Shown here in pieces: positions 7,902 through 17,253 of a stretch of DNA of 64,000 nucleotides. A program made the position numbers and the translations under genes. The stretch is from Opitutia bacterium (GTDB taxonomy: Bacteria; Verrucomicrobiota; Verrucomicrobiia; Opitutales; Opitutaceae): assembly GCA_947478395.1 (NCBI GenBank), contig CANJVR010000003.1:96001-160000 (forward strand), read 5' to 3'. The notes under the pieces were generated by a model, which searched no databases, was not told where the DNA came from, and saw only the letters and a list, made by a program, of their open reading frames with translations. Within the stretch, counting starts at the first letter, position 1; each line of letters begins with the position of its first letter.

Positions 7902-9518
7902 TTATTTCTGCGACCGCGAGTAATCGTAGTGAAACCAGTCGACGTCTACGTACCCGGTTTCGGCCTTTCCGTTGTAACTGTAGATTCCAATCCGGTCTCC
8001 GCGATAACTGCCCCAGGCGAGTTGATAAGCTTCGCCGCAGCCCGTGAAATTCTCGCCATCTTCGCTGTAAGAATACCGGCTCAATCCATCGAGGCCCCAC
8101 TCCGACCGGAGCCAGAGTTTTTTCGCGGTCACCAAAGGCCCGAGCGCGATCTTCGCACCATGCGTGGATTCGAGCGTGAGCGTCGCACCTGCCCGGCGTA
8201 CACCCAGCGTGCTGTTGTCCTTAGAAAAATGACACAGCCCCGCCACCTGCCCGTCCGCCAAACCCTCGAGATCGAGCGCCACCGTGACGATGTTCTCTTT
8301 GGTCCGCATCGCGCGCTGCGTGAGTGTGTTTCCCGCCGCCATCAGATCGTCTGCGCGCAACGGCTTAAATGCGTGCAAGCGGAGAAAGCCGGGGCGTTCG
8401 CTCAACGACCACTTCTCCGCACGAGGCTGGTAGTTCCACTCCCACTGGGGCGCTAGTCGCGCCGACGCAAACTCGTCGCCCGCTTGCAGTCCGCCCACCG
8501 CTAAATCGCGCCCCGGCATTTTTCCCGACCACGTCATTTTGCCCAATCCGTCCGCTCCCACGTCGCCTACAATCGGCCAGCCGTCGATCCACGTGACCGG
8601 CAGCAAACTCGCGGCGCGACCTTCCCAGCTGCCGCGGCCGTGATGCGTGAAAAAGTACCATTTTCCGTCGGGCCCTTCGACGAACCCGCCCTGGTTCGGT
8701 TCCATCGCGTCGCGGTCGGCCTGTTTCAGCTGGCGCTTTTCCGTGTACGGCCCGCCGATGGTTTTCGCCCGCTCCATCATGATCACGCGGCCTTCCGCGC
8801 GCACTTCGCTGAAAAAATGATAATAGGTGCCGCCGATTTTGTAGAGCTTGTTGGCCTCGCTGCCCTTCGACTGATAAATCACGCGGTCGGATTCCCGGAT
8901 CAATTCCCGCCCATCGGGAGTCATCTGCCAAAGGTGAATTTTATATCCGTCGCGAAAATTTGAACCGACGAGATAACCACGTCCATCGTCGTCCCAAAAT
9001 GGGCAGCAGTCATCCCAGCCCGCTTCCGCCAATATCCGGTGTAGTGGCGCCCACGGACCAGCCACATCTTTCGCGGTCGTCATGAAATAGCCTTCGTCAG
9101 GCGTCCCGAAATAAACCCAGAATTTTCCGTCGTGATGCCGAATCGCGCCCGCCCACACCCCTTTCCCGTAGCGACTCATCTGCGCCCAGTTCATCTCCGG
9201 TCCGATCTGCGTGAGATCGTCGATCGCATGCCCGGCGATCGTCCAGTTCACCAAATCGCGCGAATGCAATATCACCATCCCCGGTGAAAATTGAAACGTG
9301 GAAGAAATAGCGTAGTAATCCGAGCCCACGCGGATGCAGTCGATGTCGCTATAGTCGCCGGGAATCACCGGGTTCAAATACGTGCCATCACCTTGGTCGC
9401 CCCAATGCGGCCAGTCGCCCCACGTCTTCGGCGCGTCGGCTGCAAAAGCAACCCTCCCCCAGGCTAGCCCCAGTAAAATCGTCGTGAGCAGGAACGGGGA
9501 GCCGGATCGAGTTTTCAT
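7902..9518 (-). CDS. Secreted glycoside hydrolase family 43 (beta-xylosidase/arabinofuranosidase-like) with C-terminal beta-sandwich
   Basis: Signal peptide, NPVIPGDYSDIDCIRVGSDYY, HSRDLVNW, WAGAIRHHDGKFWVYF, DCCPFWDDDG, QGG and LAPQWEWN. Start taken at MKTRS. Confidence 0.9.
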   Translation of the reverse strand: MKTRSGSPFLLTTILLGLAWGRVAFAADAPKTWGDWPHWGDQGDGTYLNPVIPGDYSDIDCIRVGSDYYAISSTFQFSPGMVILHSRDLVNWTIAGHAIDDLTQIGPEMNWAQMSRYGKGVWAGAIRHHDGKFWVYFGTPDEGYFMTTAKDVAGPWAPLHRILAEAGWDDCCPFWDDDGRGYLVGSNFRDGYKIHLWQMTPDGRELIRESDRVIYQSKGSEANKLYKIGGTYYHFFSEVRAEGRVIMMERAKTIGGPYTEKRQLKQADRDAMEPNQGGFVEGPDGKWYFFTHHGRGSWEGRAASLLPVTWIDGWPIVGDVGADGLGKMTWSGKMPGRDLAVGGLQAGDEFASARLAPQWEWNYQPRAEKWSLSERPGFLRLHAFKPLRADDLMAAGNTLTQRAMRTKENIVTVALDLEGLADGQVAGLCHFSKDNSTLGVRRAGATLTLESTHGAKIALGPLVTAKKLWLRSEWGLDGLSRYSYSEDGENFTGCGEAYQLAWGSYRGDRIGIYSYNGKAETGYVDVDWFHYDYSRSQK

Positions 9519-9637
9519 CAAAAGTGACGCTTTCAAGATCACGGCCATCGGGGCGCGCGTGCAAGCGCAAGGCGGACGACCTTTACCCGGGCGCGCTGTT
9601 ATCGCATCGGTTTACTTCAGCAGCGTGAAGGCGCACG

Positions 9638-11119
9638 CTAACGCGCGGCCCAAAAATCGATAAACCCGCGTTCGACGTCGGTTCGCACCAACGCCACGCG
9701 CAAGCGATCGCCCACCGCCAAGCCTTCATAACCCGCGTCGAGCCGCCCTTCGACGGGCGGCCGCAAGACGCGCACCCAGGTGCCTTTGTCGGAAGCACCG
9801 GTCACAATCGCATCGAACTGTTCCCCAATCCGGGTGCACAACACCAGCGCTGCCGCGGATTTTCCCACCTGGCGCTCCACCTTTTTCGCCGCGTCTTCCT
9901 GCGCCGTGCAACGCTCCGCGAGCGCGGCCAATTCGTCCGCCGAATACGGCGACGCCCCACCGGCCAGTGCCGCCTTCAACAATCGCTGCGTGATCAAGTC
10001 CGGGAAACGCCGGTTGGGCGCTGTCGAGTGGGTGTAGTCCCGCACGGCGAGCCCAAAATGCCCGGCGGAATTTCCGTCCGGTCGCTCCAAGACGTATTCG
10101 CCCGCGCCCATGAGCTTAATCACGCTCAACGACAGATCGGGAAATCCCACGCGGTCGGCCACCTTTGCCGCCACAAGAAATTTCTCCAGCGCCTTCGCGT
10201 CCGGCTCGCGCGGGAGTTGCGTCCCGCGTTGCGCGGCGAGTTCGACGATGCGATCCCAGTATTTCGGCGTGCGCACGACCCGCCGAATCGAGGGAAATTT
10301 CTTCGCGGCCAGAAACTGCGCCGCCACGCCGTTGGCCGCCACCATCAGGTCCTCGATGAGATGCTTCGCGCGGTTGGTCTTCACGGCCTCGATATCCTGG
10401 AGCGTTTCGCCCGCAAACGCCGGCCGCGCTTCGATCGTCTCGAACGAGAGCGCTCCCCGCTCCTGCCGCACCCAACGCAGGCCTTGCGCCACGCGATCCT
10501 GCAGCCGGAGATTCGCGTCGAGTCCCGGGACCACGCTGATCGCCGCCGGCGCAGGCGCCGTATCTTCCAGCCATGGCGCCACGCTATCGTAGGCGAGCTT
10601 CGCGCGATTGTGCACCAAGGCTTCGTAAACATCGGACCGCAGCAACGCACCCTTCCCATCGAACACCATTTCAACCACCACCGCGCGACGGTCGGCGTCG
10701 AAGTTGAGCGACGTCAGGTCGGTCGAGAGTTTCTCCGGCAGCATCGGGAAAATCTGCGCCACGGTGTAGACCGAAGTCGTGTTTTCCCGCGCATGGGCAT
10801 CGAGCGCCGAGCGTTGAGGCACCAAGGCGGCGACGTCCGCGATCGCCACCAAAATTTTGGTCGCGCCGTCCGGCAACGCCTCCGCGACGGATAACTGGTC
10901 GAGGTCCCGCGAGTCATCGTTGTCGATGGAGCACCAAAGCAGCGAACGCAGATCGCGCATGACCGGCCTCGCTCCCATCGCCCCCGCCGGGCGGTTAATG
11001 GTCGCCAGCTCCGCGAGCGCCGCCGGGGAAAAATCTGGTGCGAGCCCTCGCGCCACCATCGCCCGGCGTGCGATATCTTGCAGAATTACGCGGGGCGGCC
11101 GGGGGTCAGAGGTCATCAT
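9638..11119 (-). CDS. RNB-domain exoribonuclease (RNase II/R family, short form with C-terminal S1)
   Basis: SIDNDDSRDLDQ catalytic motif, IEDLMVAAN, HFGLA..YTHSTAPNRRFPDL. Confidence 0.9.
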   Translation of the reverse strand: MMTSDPRPPRVILQDIARRAMVARGLAPDFSPAALAELATINRPAGAMGARPVMRDLRSLLWCSIDNDDSRDLDQLSVAEALPDGATKILVAIADVAALVPQRSALDAHARENTTSVYTVAQIFPMLPEKLSTDLTSLNFDADRRAVVVEMVFDGKGALLRSDVYEALVHNRAKLAYDSVAPWLEDTAPAPAAISVVPGLDANLRLQDRVAQGLRWVRQERGALSFETIEARPAFAGETLQDIEAVKTNRAKHLIEDLMVAANGVAAQFLAAKKFPSIRRVVRTPKYWDRIVELAAQRGTQLPREPDAKALEKFLVAAKVADRVGFPDLSLSVIKLMGAGEYVLERPDGNSAGHFGLAVRDYTHSTAPNRRFPDLITQRLLKAALAGGASPYSADELAALAERCTAQEDAAKKVERQVGKSAAALVLCTRIGEQFDAIVTGASDKGTWVRVLRPPVEGRLDAGYEGLAVGDRLRVALVRTDVERGFIDFWAAR

Positions 11120-11251
11120 GGGGTGAGCGAAAAAAACCTTCCCGCCCTTCCGCGGTCAATGCAGGCGTGTCGATGCGACGCGATTGCGGCTTGGAATCCT
11201 CGCCGGGACTGTTCCCGATACTCGCTTCCAGTCCTCTTTCTTTTTCTCCCC

Positions 11252-12205
11252 ATGAAACTCCGCCTCGTCCTGTCCTGTTTCACGCTTGGACTCATTCACG
11301 CCCGCGCGGCCGAAACGCCCGCCGCTCCGCCCGCCACACTCGCCGCCGTGCTCGCTTCGCCCACGGCCGACCTCAAAAACCTCGTCGAACAAATCACGAA
11401 GAAGCTGCAGCAAGGAAAAGATACGGCCGCCGAGCTTGCCCCCGAAATCACGGCATTCGACGCGCTCCGCGCCAAGTATCGCACCCAAAAAACGGACGAG
11501 GTCGCGCAAATCTCCGTTATGCAGGCCACGCTCTACGCCGAGGTTCTGCACGACAACGACAAGGCCCTCGCGCTCTTGAAACAGCTCAAGGTTGATTTTC
11601 CTTCGCCCCAAATCGCCAGCAACGTCGACCCCATTATCGCGGGCATCGAAGAAGAAAAGAAAACCGCCGCAACGCAGGCCGGACTAATCGGCAAGCCAGC
11701 GCCTGAACTTCATTTCAAATGGAGCAGCCGCGACGCTCTCACGACCCTATCCGCCCTCAAAGGGAAAGTGGTGGTCATCGATTTCTGGGCCACGTGGTGC
11801 GGCCCGTGCGTCGCGTCGTTTCCCAACGTCCGGGAGCTCGCCGAACACTATAAAAACGCCGACGTCACCATCGTGGGCGTAACCAGTATTCAAGGCTTCG
11901 TGGCGGGTCTCGAGCCCGCGCGCATCGACACCAAGGGCGATCCGGCCAGGGAGATGGCGCTGATGAACGATTTCATCAAAGCGAAGCAGATGACCTGGAC
12001 CGTCGCGTTCAGTGATGAAGTCGTCTTCAACCCCGACTACGCGATTCGTGGCATTCCCTACATGGCGATCATCGCCCCCGACGGCACCGTGCGCCACACC
12101 GGCCTGCACCCGGCGATGCCGAGTGAGGAAAAGTACGCCATGATCGACACCATCCTGAAAGAGTTCGGCAAAAAGGTCCCCGCCGCGACCCAGACGAACA
12201 AGTAA
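11252..12205 (+). CDS. Secreted TlpA-family thiol-disulfide oxidoreductase with helical N-terminal domain
   Basis: Signal peptide from MKLRLVL, GKPAPEL, LKGKVVVIDFWATWCGPC, GIP. Confidence 0.88.
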   Translation: MKLRLVLSCFTLGLIHARAAETPAAPPATLAAVLASPTADLKNLVEQITKKLQQGKDTAAELAPEITAFDALRAKYRTQKTDEVAQISVMQATLYAEVLHDNDKALALLKQLKVDFPSPQIASNVDPIIAGIEEEKKTAATQAGLIGKPAPELHFKWSSRDALTTLSALKGKVVVIDFWATWCGPCVASFPNVRELAEHYKNADVTIVGVTSIQGFVAGLEPARIDTKGDPAREMALMNDFIKAKQMTWTVAFSDEVVFNPDYAIRGIPYMAIIAPDGTVRHTGLHPAMPSEEKYAMIDTILKEFGKKVPAATQTNK

Positions 12206-12486
12206 AAGTGCGAGCCGCCGGGGCCGGTGCGGATCTCACCTTTCACCCGGGAAATCACCCCTGAATCAACCCAAGACTTGGGCCCCAGAGGACACGGATC
12301 CCAGATACCGAGGTCACCGCGATTCTCAGTTTCGCCCGGTGCGATCAGTCGCGAAATGCCTTTGGGCAAGAGCGAGAAATCTGCGGGCTAGCCCGCCGCC
12401 GGCACCGCAGCATGGTCGCGTTGGGACCATGTCCGCGGTTGATCCGGCGGGGCGTTGAAAATTGCGCTGCTTGCCGAGCGCGGTCG

Positions 12487-13878
12487 TCACACGTTCGCCA
12501 GCCGTCCGGAGGAGTCGCCGAAGCGCGGCAGATTTTCCACGCCGGCGTGATCGGCGAGGCTGAGGAAGAGATTCGAGAGCGGCTTGCCGCCATGCTTCAC
12601 GTAACGGCCCGGCGTCAATTTGCCGCCACCACCACCGGCGAGGACGAGCGGAAGATTGTCGTGCGAATGCCGGTTACCGTCGGCGTTACAACTGCCGTAA
12701 AGAATCCGCGTGTTGTGCAGCAGCGAATTCCCGTCGACGTCCGGCGTAGCTTCAAGCCGGGTCAGGAACCCCGCAAAACGCTCCGCGTACCAACGATCGA
12801 TCCGGGCAACTTTCTCGATGCGCTCCGGATTATTTTGGTGATGCGATAAATCGTGGTGCCCTTCCGGAATGCCCATGTGGCTGAACGAGCGGTTGTCGCC
12901 GTCGTTGCCGAGCATCATCGTCGCAACCCGCGTGGAGTCTGTTTTGAACGCGAGCAGCATCATGTCGTACATCAGGTCGACGTACTCGGCGTGGCTCTGA
13001 GGAATCCCAGACGGCGTCTCGACGGTCGGGTCCGGACTGGCCCCGAGTTTTTCCGCGCGTTGAATGCGGGCTTCGACGTCGCGCACGCCCGTCAAATATT
13101 GGTCGAGTTTTTCCCGGTCCGTGGTCGAGAGCCGCTTCTGCATGCGGTTCGCGTCGTCCATCACAAAGTCGAGCACCGAGCGGCGAGCCACGAGCCGGCT
13201 TTGCACCTGCTGTGAACGTTCGCCGTGCGGACCGACGCCAAACAGCCGCTCAAATACGAGCCGCGGATTATTCTCGGGCGTCATCGGCGTCGTCGCCGAT
13301 TTCCACGAGACATTGTACTGATACGCGCACGAATAACCCGAGTCGCAACCGGCGGACTTGCGATTGAGATCACAGGTCAGCTCCAGCGAAGGAAAGCGCG
13401 TCAGGTGTCCAACCTGATTGGCGATCACTTGATCGATCGAGATTCCGGCGCGAATATCGGTCGCACTTTTATTAATGCGAACGCCCGTGAGGAAAACGCC
13501 GGTGCCGCGGGCGTGATCGCCGCCGCCGTCCGGACCGCCGGTAGCATTAAGATGATCGAGCCCGCTTAGGACCTGGACTTGGCGCCGCAGCGGTTCCAGC
13601 GGAATCAGGGTGGGGTTAAACTTGAAATCGGTTTCGCCACCCTCCGGCCACCAAGCGCCGGGGATAGTGCCATTCGGGATCATGACGAACGCCGTGCGCA
13701 ACGGAGCGCCCGTCGCGGTGGTCGCCAGTTGCGGCGCAGCCGAAGCGGCCAGCAGGCGCGTGGGGAGCAACGACGTGAAGGCGGGCAAAGCAATCGTGGC
13801 CCCGAGGCCGCGCAGGAAATGACGGCGGTCCATCGGCGCAAAAGTTGAATCTGGAGAGGAAGGGCGGGATGTTTTCAT
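12487..13878 (-). CDS. DUF1552 (HXXSHH) domain protein with Tat-type signal
   Basis: RRHFLRGLG twin-arginine motif, SIDQVIA, CDSGYSCAY, HHDLSHH, GNRHSHDNLP. Confidence 0.88.
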   Translation of the reverse strand: MKTSRPSSPDSTFAPMDRRHFLRGLGATIALPAFTSLLPTRLLAASAAPQLATTATGAPLRTAFVMIPNGTIPGAWWPEGGETDFKFNPTLIPLEPLRRQVQVLSGLDHLNATGGPDGGGDHARGTGVFLTGVRINKSATDIRAGISIDQVIANQVGHLTRFPSLELTCDLNRKSAGCDSGYSCAYQYNVSWKSATTPMTPENNPRLVFERLFGVGPHGERSQQVQSRLVARRSVLDFVMDDANRMQKRLSTTDREKLDQYLTGVRDVEARIQRAEKLGASPDPTVETPSGIPQSHAEYVDLMYDMMLLAFKTDSTRVATMMLGNDGDNRSFSHMGIPEGHHDLSHHQNNPERIEKVARIDRWYAERFAGFLTRLEATPDVDGNSLLHNTRILYGSCNADGNRHSHDNLPLVLAGGGGGKLTPGRYVKHGGKPLSNLFLSLADHAGVENLPRFGDSSGRLANV

Positions 13879-13882
13879 ATTG

Positions 13883-16783
13883 TTAAGGGGTGACCTGCAC
13901 GAGGCGCTCCGTGGCGGAAGGAGCCGGCGAATACTCGGCCGTGGCGCCGTTCGACGGGCGACGTTGTTGAAAAGGAACTGAATTGACGATGCCATTGACC
14001 AAAACGGAAGGCTTGCCGCCCGAGGCTTCGAGCTGGGCCACGATCTGGTCGAGCGCGAGCGTATCGTAGTAATCCAAGCCGCGACCGAGAGCGTAAGTGA
14101 GCATTTTCTCAGTGACGCTGTAATAGAAATCGCGCCGCCGCGACGTGGTCAAAATATGCTTCAGCTCGCGGATATCAGAAAAGGATTCACCCGTGATGAG
14201 CGTGCCCGCCGGCTGCACCGGCTGGCCCATGTCGGTCGTCCGCCACATGCCCATCGCGTTAAAATTTTCCAACGCGAGGCCCAGCGGATCCATGCGGGAG
14301 TGGCAGGAAGCGCAGATCGGTTTCTTCGCGTGGAGAGCGAGCGTATCGCGCAGGTTGAGGTTGCGCAATTCCTCCGGACTCGCGGCGTCCTCGAGCGGAG
14401 GAATATCGGGCGGAGGCGGTGCGGGCGGTGTACCCAGAATAGCGCCGAGGATGAATACCCCGCGTTTCACCGGGGAGGTACGTGTCGGATTCGATGTCAC
14501 GGCAAGCACCGTGCCCTGGGTCAGAACTCCGCCACGCGGACTGCCCTCAGGCAGGGTGACCTTGCGCATGGCAGAGCCGGTCACGCCCTCAATTCCGTAG
14601 TGCTTCGCGAGCTCTTCGTTCAGGAAGGTATAATTGCTCTCCAGCAATTCGAGCAGACTGCGGTCCTCCTTCAACACGTCGGCGAAGGTCATTTCGGTTT
14701 CCTGCAGCATCGCCTTGCGGAGGCTATCGGTCATTTGCGGTTTAGGATCGGGATTGCCGAAACCGTTGCCGTTTCCGGGCGGGGCAAACTGCCGCGGAAA
14801 GCTGTTCACCAGCTGTCGAGCGGCGTTGAGTTGATCCGATTCTTCCGCCGTCAGCGCCGAACGCGGCTTGGCGTTAAGCCGGGCGAACGCGGCTTTCGCT
14901 TCCTCGTATTGGGGATTCGGATGATCGCGCAGATAAATATCCATCGCCGTGAGCTGCACGGTCGTGATGTCACGCGCTTGCAGCCACTGGCCCGTGAAAT
15001 TTCGCACTAACTCATCCGCCCGCGGTGAGTCGAGCAAGCGCTTCATTTGGGCGGGCAGATTTGCGCGCAACTGACCCGCACCCGCCAGCTTGATCAGCTC
15101 GGCATCAGGCATGGATGACCAGAAGAAATAGGAAAGGCGTGAGGCCAGCGAGTATTCGTCCACGAGGGGATTCGCCTGCCCTTTCTTCAGCGGCTCACTC
15201 TGGTCCTCACGGAAAATAAATGTCGGCGAAGCGAGGACCGCGACCATGGCCTGGGCAACGCCATCTTCGAAGGTGCGCGTCGGCTGGATGGAAACTTTCT
15301 CCGCGAGCGCCACCAGGCGATCGAGCGTTGCCGTATCGACGGGATGGCGAAACGCGCGCGTGGCAAACTTCTCCAGAATCTCACGGGCATACAGCGACCG
15401 CGCCTTGGCCGCCGTCGGCACATCGCGGGGGAAATATTTATCATAACCCGGAGTCTTCGCCCAAAATTCCGGCGCCAGCGGCCCACGGAGCGTGATGGCA
15501 TTGATGCGCAGGCGAAGGTTGCGGTACTGCGGGGTCTCCGGCCCGAGCGGCTTGATCTCCAGCGCGAGCTCATGCCCGCCGGCCGCCAAATCGCGATCGA
15601 ACGTGTATTCGAATTTCCGGCCATAGCCCTCACGGACAAACTCCGCATCGATCAACGGCTCCCCGTCGAGCGTGAGAATCACCTGACATTTGTTCAGATC
15701 AAATTTGTCATCGGCGTAGGTCTCCTGCGCGAGCAGGTCGACCAACACTTGGTATTTACCCGCGTGTGCGAGCGTGTGTTTCGCCGCCACCACGGCCGGC
15801 GTATAGTATGACAGCACCACCGTGTCGCCCTCGACCGTCGGCACGGGCCGCGTCACCGGCGGCGGGCCGCCGCCGCGGCGACCGCCTTGACCGCGCTGGA
15901 ATTGGCCGCGGCCCGGCAACGCTCCGCGTCCGGCCGCACCCGGCGGCGCTCCGGCGGCCACCACGGCTCCTGGCGGGACGTCGCCATTTGCGACGTTGGC
16001 GGCGGCGGGTGGCAGAACCGGAGCGACCGGCGGCGTGATCGCCGGAGCTTCCGCTGGCGCCGCGGCCGGAGCCGCCGCGACCTCACCGGCCGGCGGAGTT
16101 TTCGGCGCCGGCAGCGTGGTATCGACTTTAATGGTCGCAAACTCGCGGCCGAGGATCGGCTCTTCGACCACAATGCGTGGCTTGATCACTACGGCCTTCC
16201 CCACGACCGTCTGCGCCGCGTCGAGGTACTTCTCGAGGAGCATGGGCGAAATCGTCAGAACATCCGCAATGTTGTCGAAGCCGTAGCCGGTGTCGTCCGA
16301 TGGAAATTCTTTGAGCGTATCAAAATCGATGCCCATCAGATCGCGCACCGTGTTGCGGTACTCGACGCGATTGAGTCGGCGGACCGTGACGCGGCCCGGA
16401 TCGGGTTTAGCGGGATCGAGGCCGAGACCTTCCTGTTTAATCCAAGCCATGAGCTTCTGCGCCTCGGCCGGCGGCAAAGCATCCGCCTCGGCCGGGGGCA
16501 TAATGCCCGACCGGACATTCCGCAGCGCCCGGAGCCAAAGTTTATGATCCCGCAGCGATGCGACGTCCGTAAACGAATCAAACGATACCTGACCTTTTTC
16601 GGCGCCGTCGCCGTGGCACTCGAAGCAATATTTCTCGAGCAGCGGCTTGATTTCCGTGCGGAACTTTACCAAAGCCGGATCATCGGCGGCGACCGCACCT
16701 CCGGAAACGAAAATGAAAATAGCCGAGCCAACAATGCGCCGGAGGGAAACGGGAGGGAATGACATGACGTGGGGTGTAACCAA
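13883..16783 (-). CDS. Cytochrome c / DUF1587-DUF1595-DUF1592-DUF1588-DUF1585 (PSD) multidomain protein
   Basis: CFECH heme motif, RRLNRVEYRNTVRDL, LASRLSYFFWSSMPD, TSNPTRTSPVKRG, CASCH..MDPLG. The true start may be ATG 16765. Confidence 0.88.
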   Translation of the reverse strand: MVTPHVMSFPPVSLRRIVGSAIFIFVSGGAVAADDPALVKFRTEIKPLLEKYCFECHGDGAEKGQVSFDSFTDVASLRDHKLWLRALRNVRSGIMPPAEADALPPAEAQKLMAWIKQEGLGLDPAKPDPGRVTVRRLNRVEYRNTVRDLMGIDFDTLKEFPSDDTGYGFDNIADVLTISPMLLEKYLDAAQTVVGKAVVIKPRIVVEEPILGREFATIKVDTTLPAPKTPPAGEVAAAPAAAPAEAPAITPPVAPVLPPAAANVANGDVPPGAVVAAGAPPGAAGRGALPGRGQFQRGQGGRRGGGPPPVTRPVPTVEGDTVVLSYYTPAVVAAKHTLAHAGKYQVLVDLLAQETYADDKFDLNKCQVILTLDGEPLIDAEFVREGYGRKFEYTFDRDLAAGGHELALEIKPLGPETPQYRNLRLRINAITLRGPLAPEFWAKTPGYDKYFPRDVPTAAKARSLYAREILEKFATRAFRHPVDTATLDRLVALAEKVSIQPTRTFEDGVAQAMVAVLASPTFIFREDQSEPLKKGQANPLVDEYSLASRLSYFFWSSMPDAELIKLAGAGQLRANLPAQMKRLLDSPRADELVRNFTGQWLQARDITTVQLTAMDIYLRDHPNPQYEEAKAAFARLNAKPRSALTAEESDQLNAARQLVNSFPRQFAPPGNGNGFGNPDPKPQMTDSLRKAMLQETEMTFADVLKEDRSLLELLESNYTFLNEELAKHYGIEGVTGSAMRKVTLPEGSPRGGVLTQGTVLAVTSNPTRTSPVKRGVFILGAILGTPPAPPPPDIPPLEDAASPEELRNLNLRDTLALHAKKPICASCHSRMDPLGLALENFNAMGMWRTTDMGQPVQPAGTLITGESFSDIRELKHILTTSRRRDFYYSVTEKMLTYALGRGLDYYDTLALDQIVAQLEASGGKPSVLVNGIVNSVPFQQRRPSNGATAEYSPAPSATERLVQVTP

Positions 16784-17253
16784 AATTGAGGCCGGTTGAG
16801 AAATCGTGGCTCAAACAAAAGCCTTGGCCAATCGGAGCGATTTCACGGCAATTAAGAGCACACGGGAAAGACGTGATTTCAAGCCCCTAGGTGCGTGAAA
16901 TTTTCGGTCGCGGGATCGCGTCGTCCGCTCGGCCGATGACTCACCTTGCGATACCAGAGGTCGCGCGAGTGATTAAGTACTTCGGGCGACAAAAATGCCT
17001 CCATCCGGGAGGAACCACGCAAAAGATTTCCCAGGTGGGGGATCGTCGGGCCAAGGCTCCGGAGCCCGCGGCTCAGGGCTGGTTCATGCGGCACAAGAAT
17101 GGATCAGAATTGGCCCAGATCGCCATATTCAAGAGTGGTTTAAGAAGGCTAGCAGCCAAGATGCCATCTGCGGATTCGGGCTTTGGCTAATCTCATGAGC
17201 GTTTGCTGCGGTTCGATCATTTTGTCTCCAGCCGATCAGCGGCTCGGCCAGAG

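Noticed and set aside
16790..17250. Short ORFs in the spacer before the PSD gene
   Set aside because: No motifs, conflicting overlapping frames, and no recognisable RNA structure.
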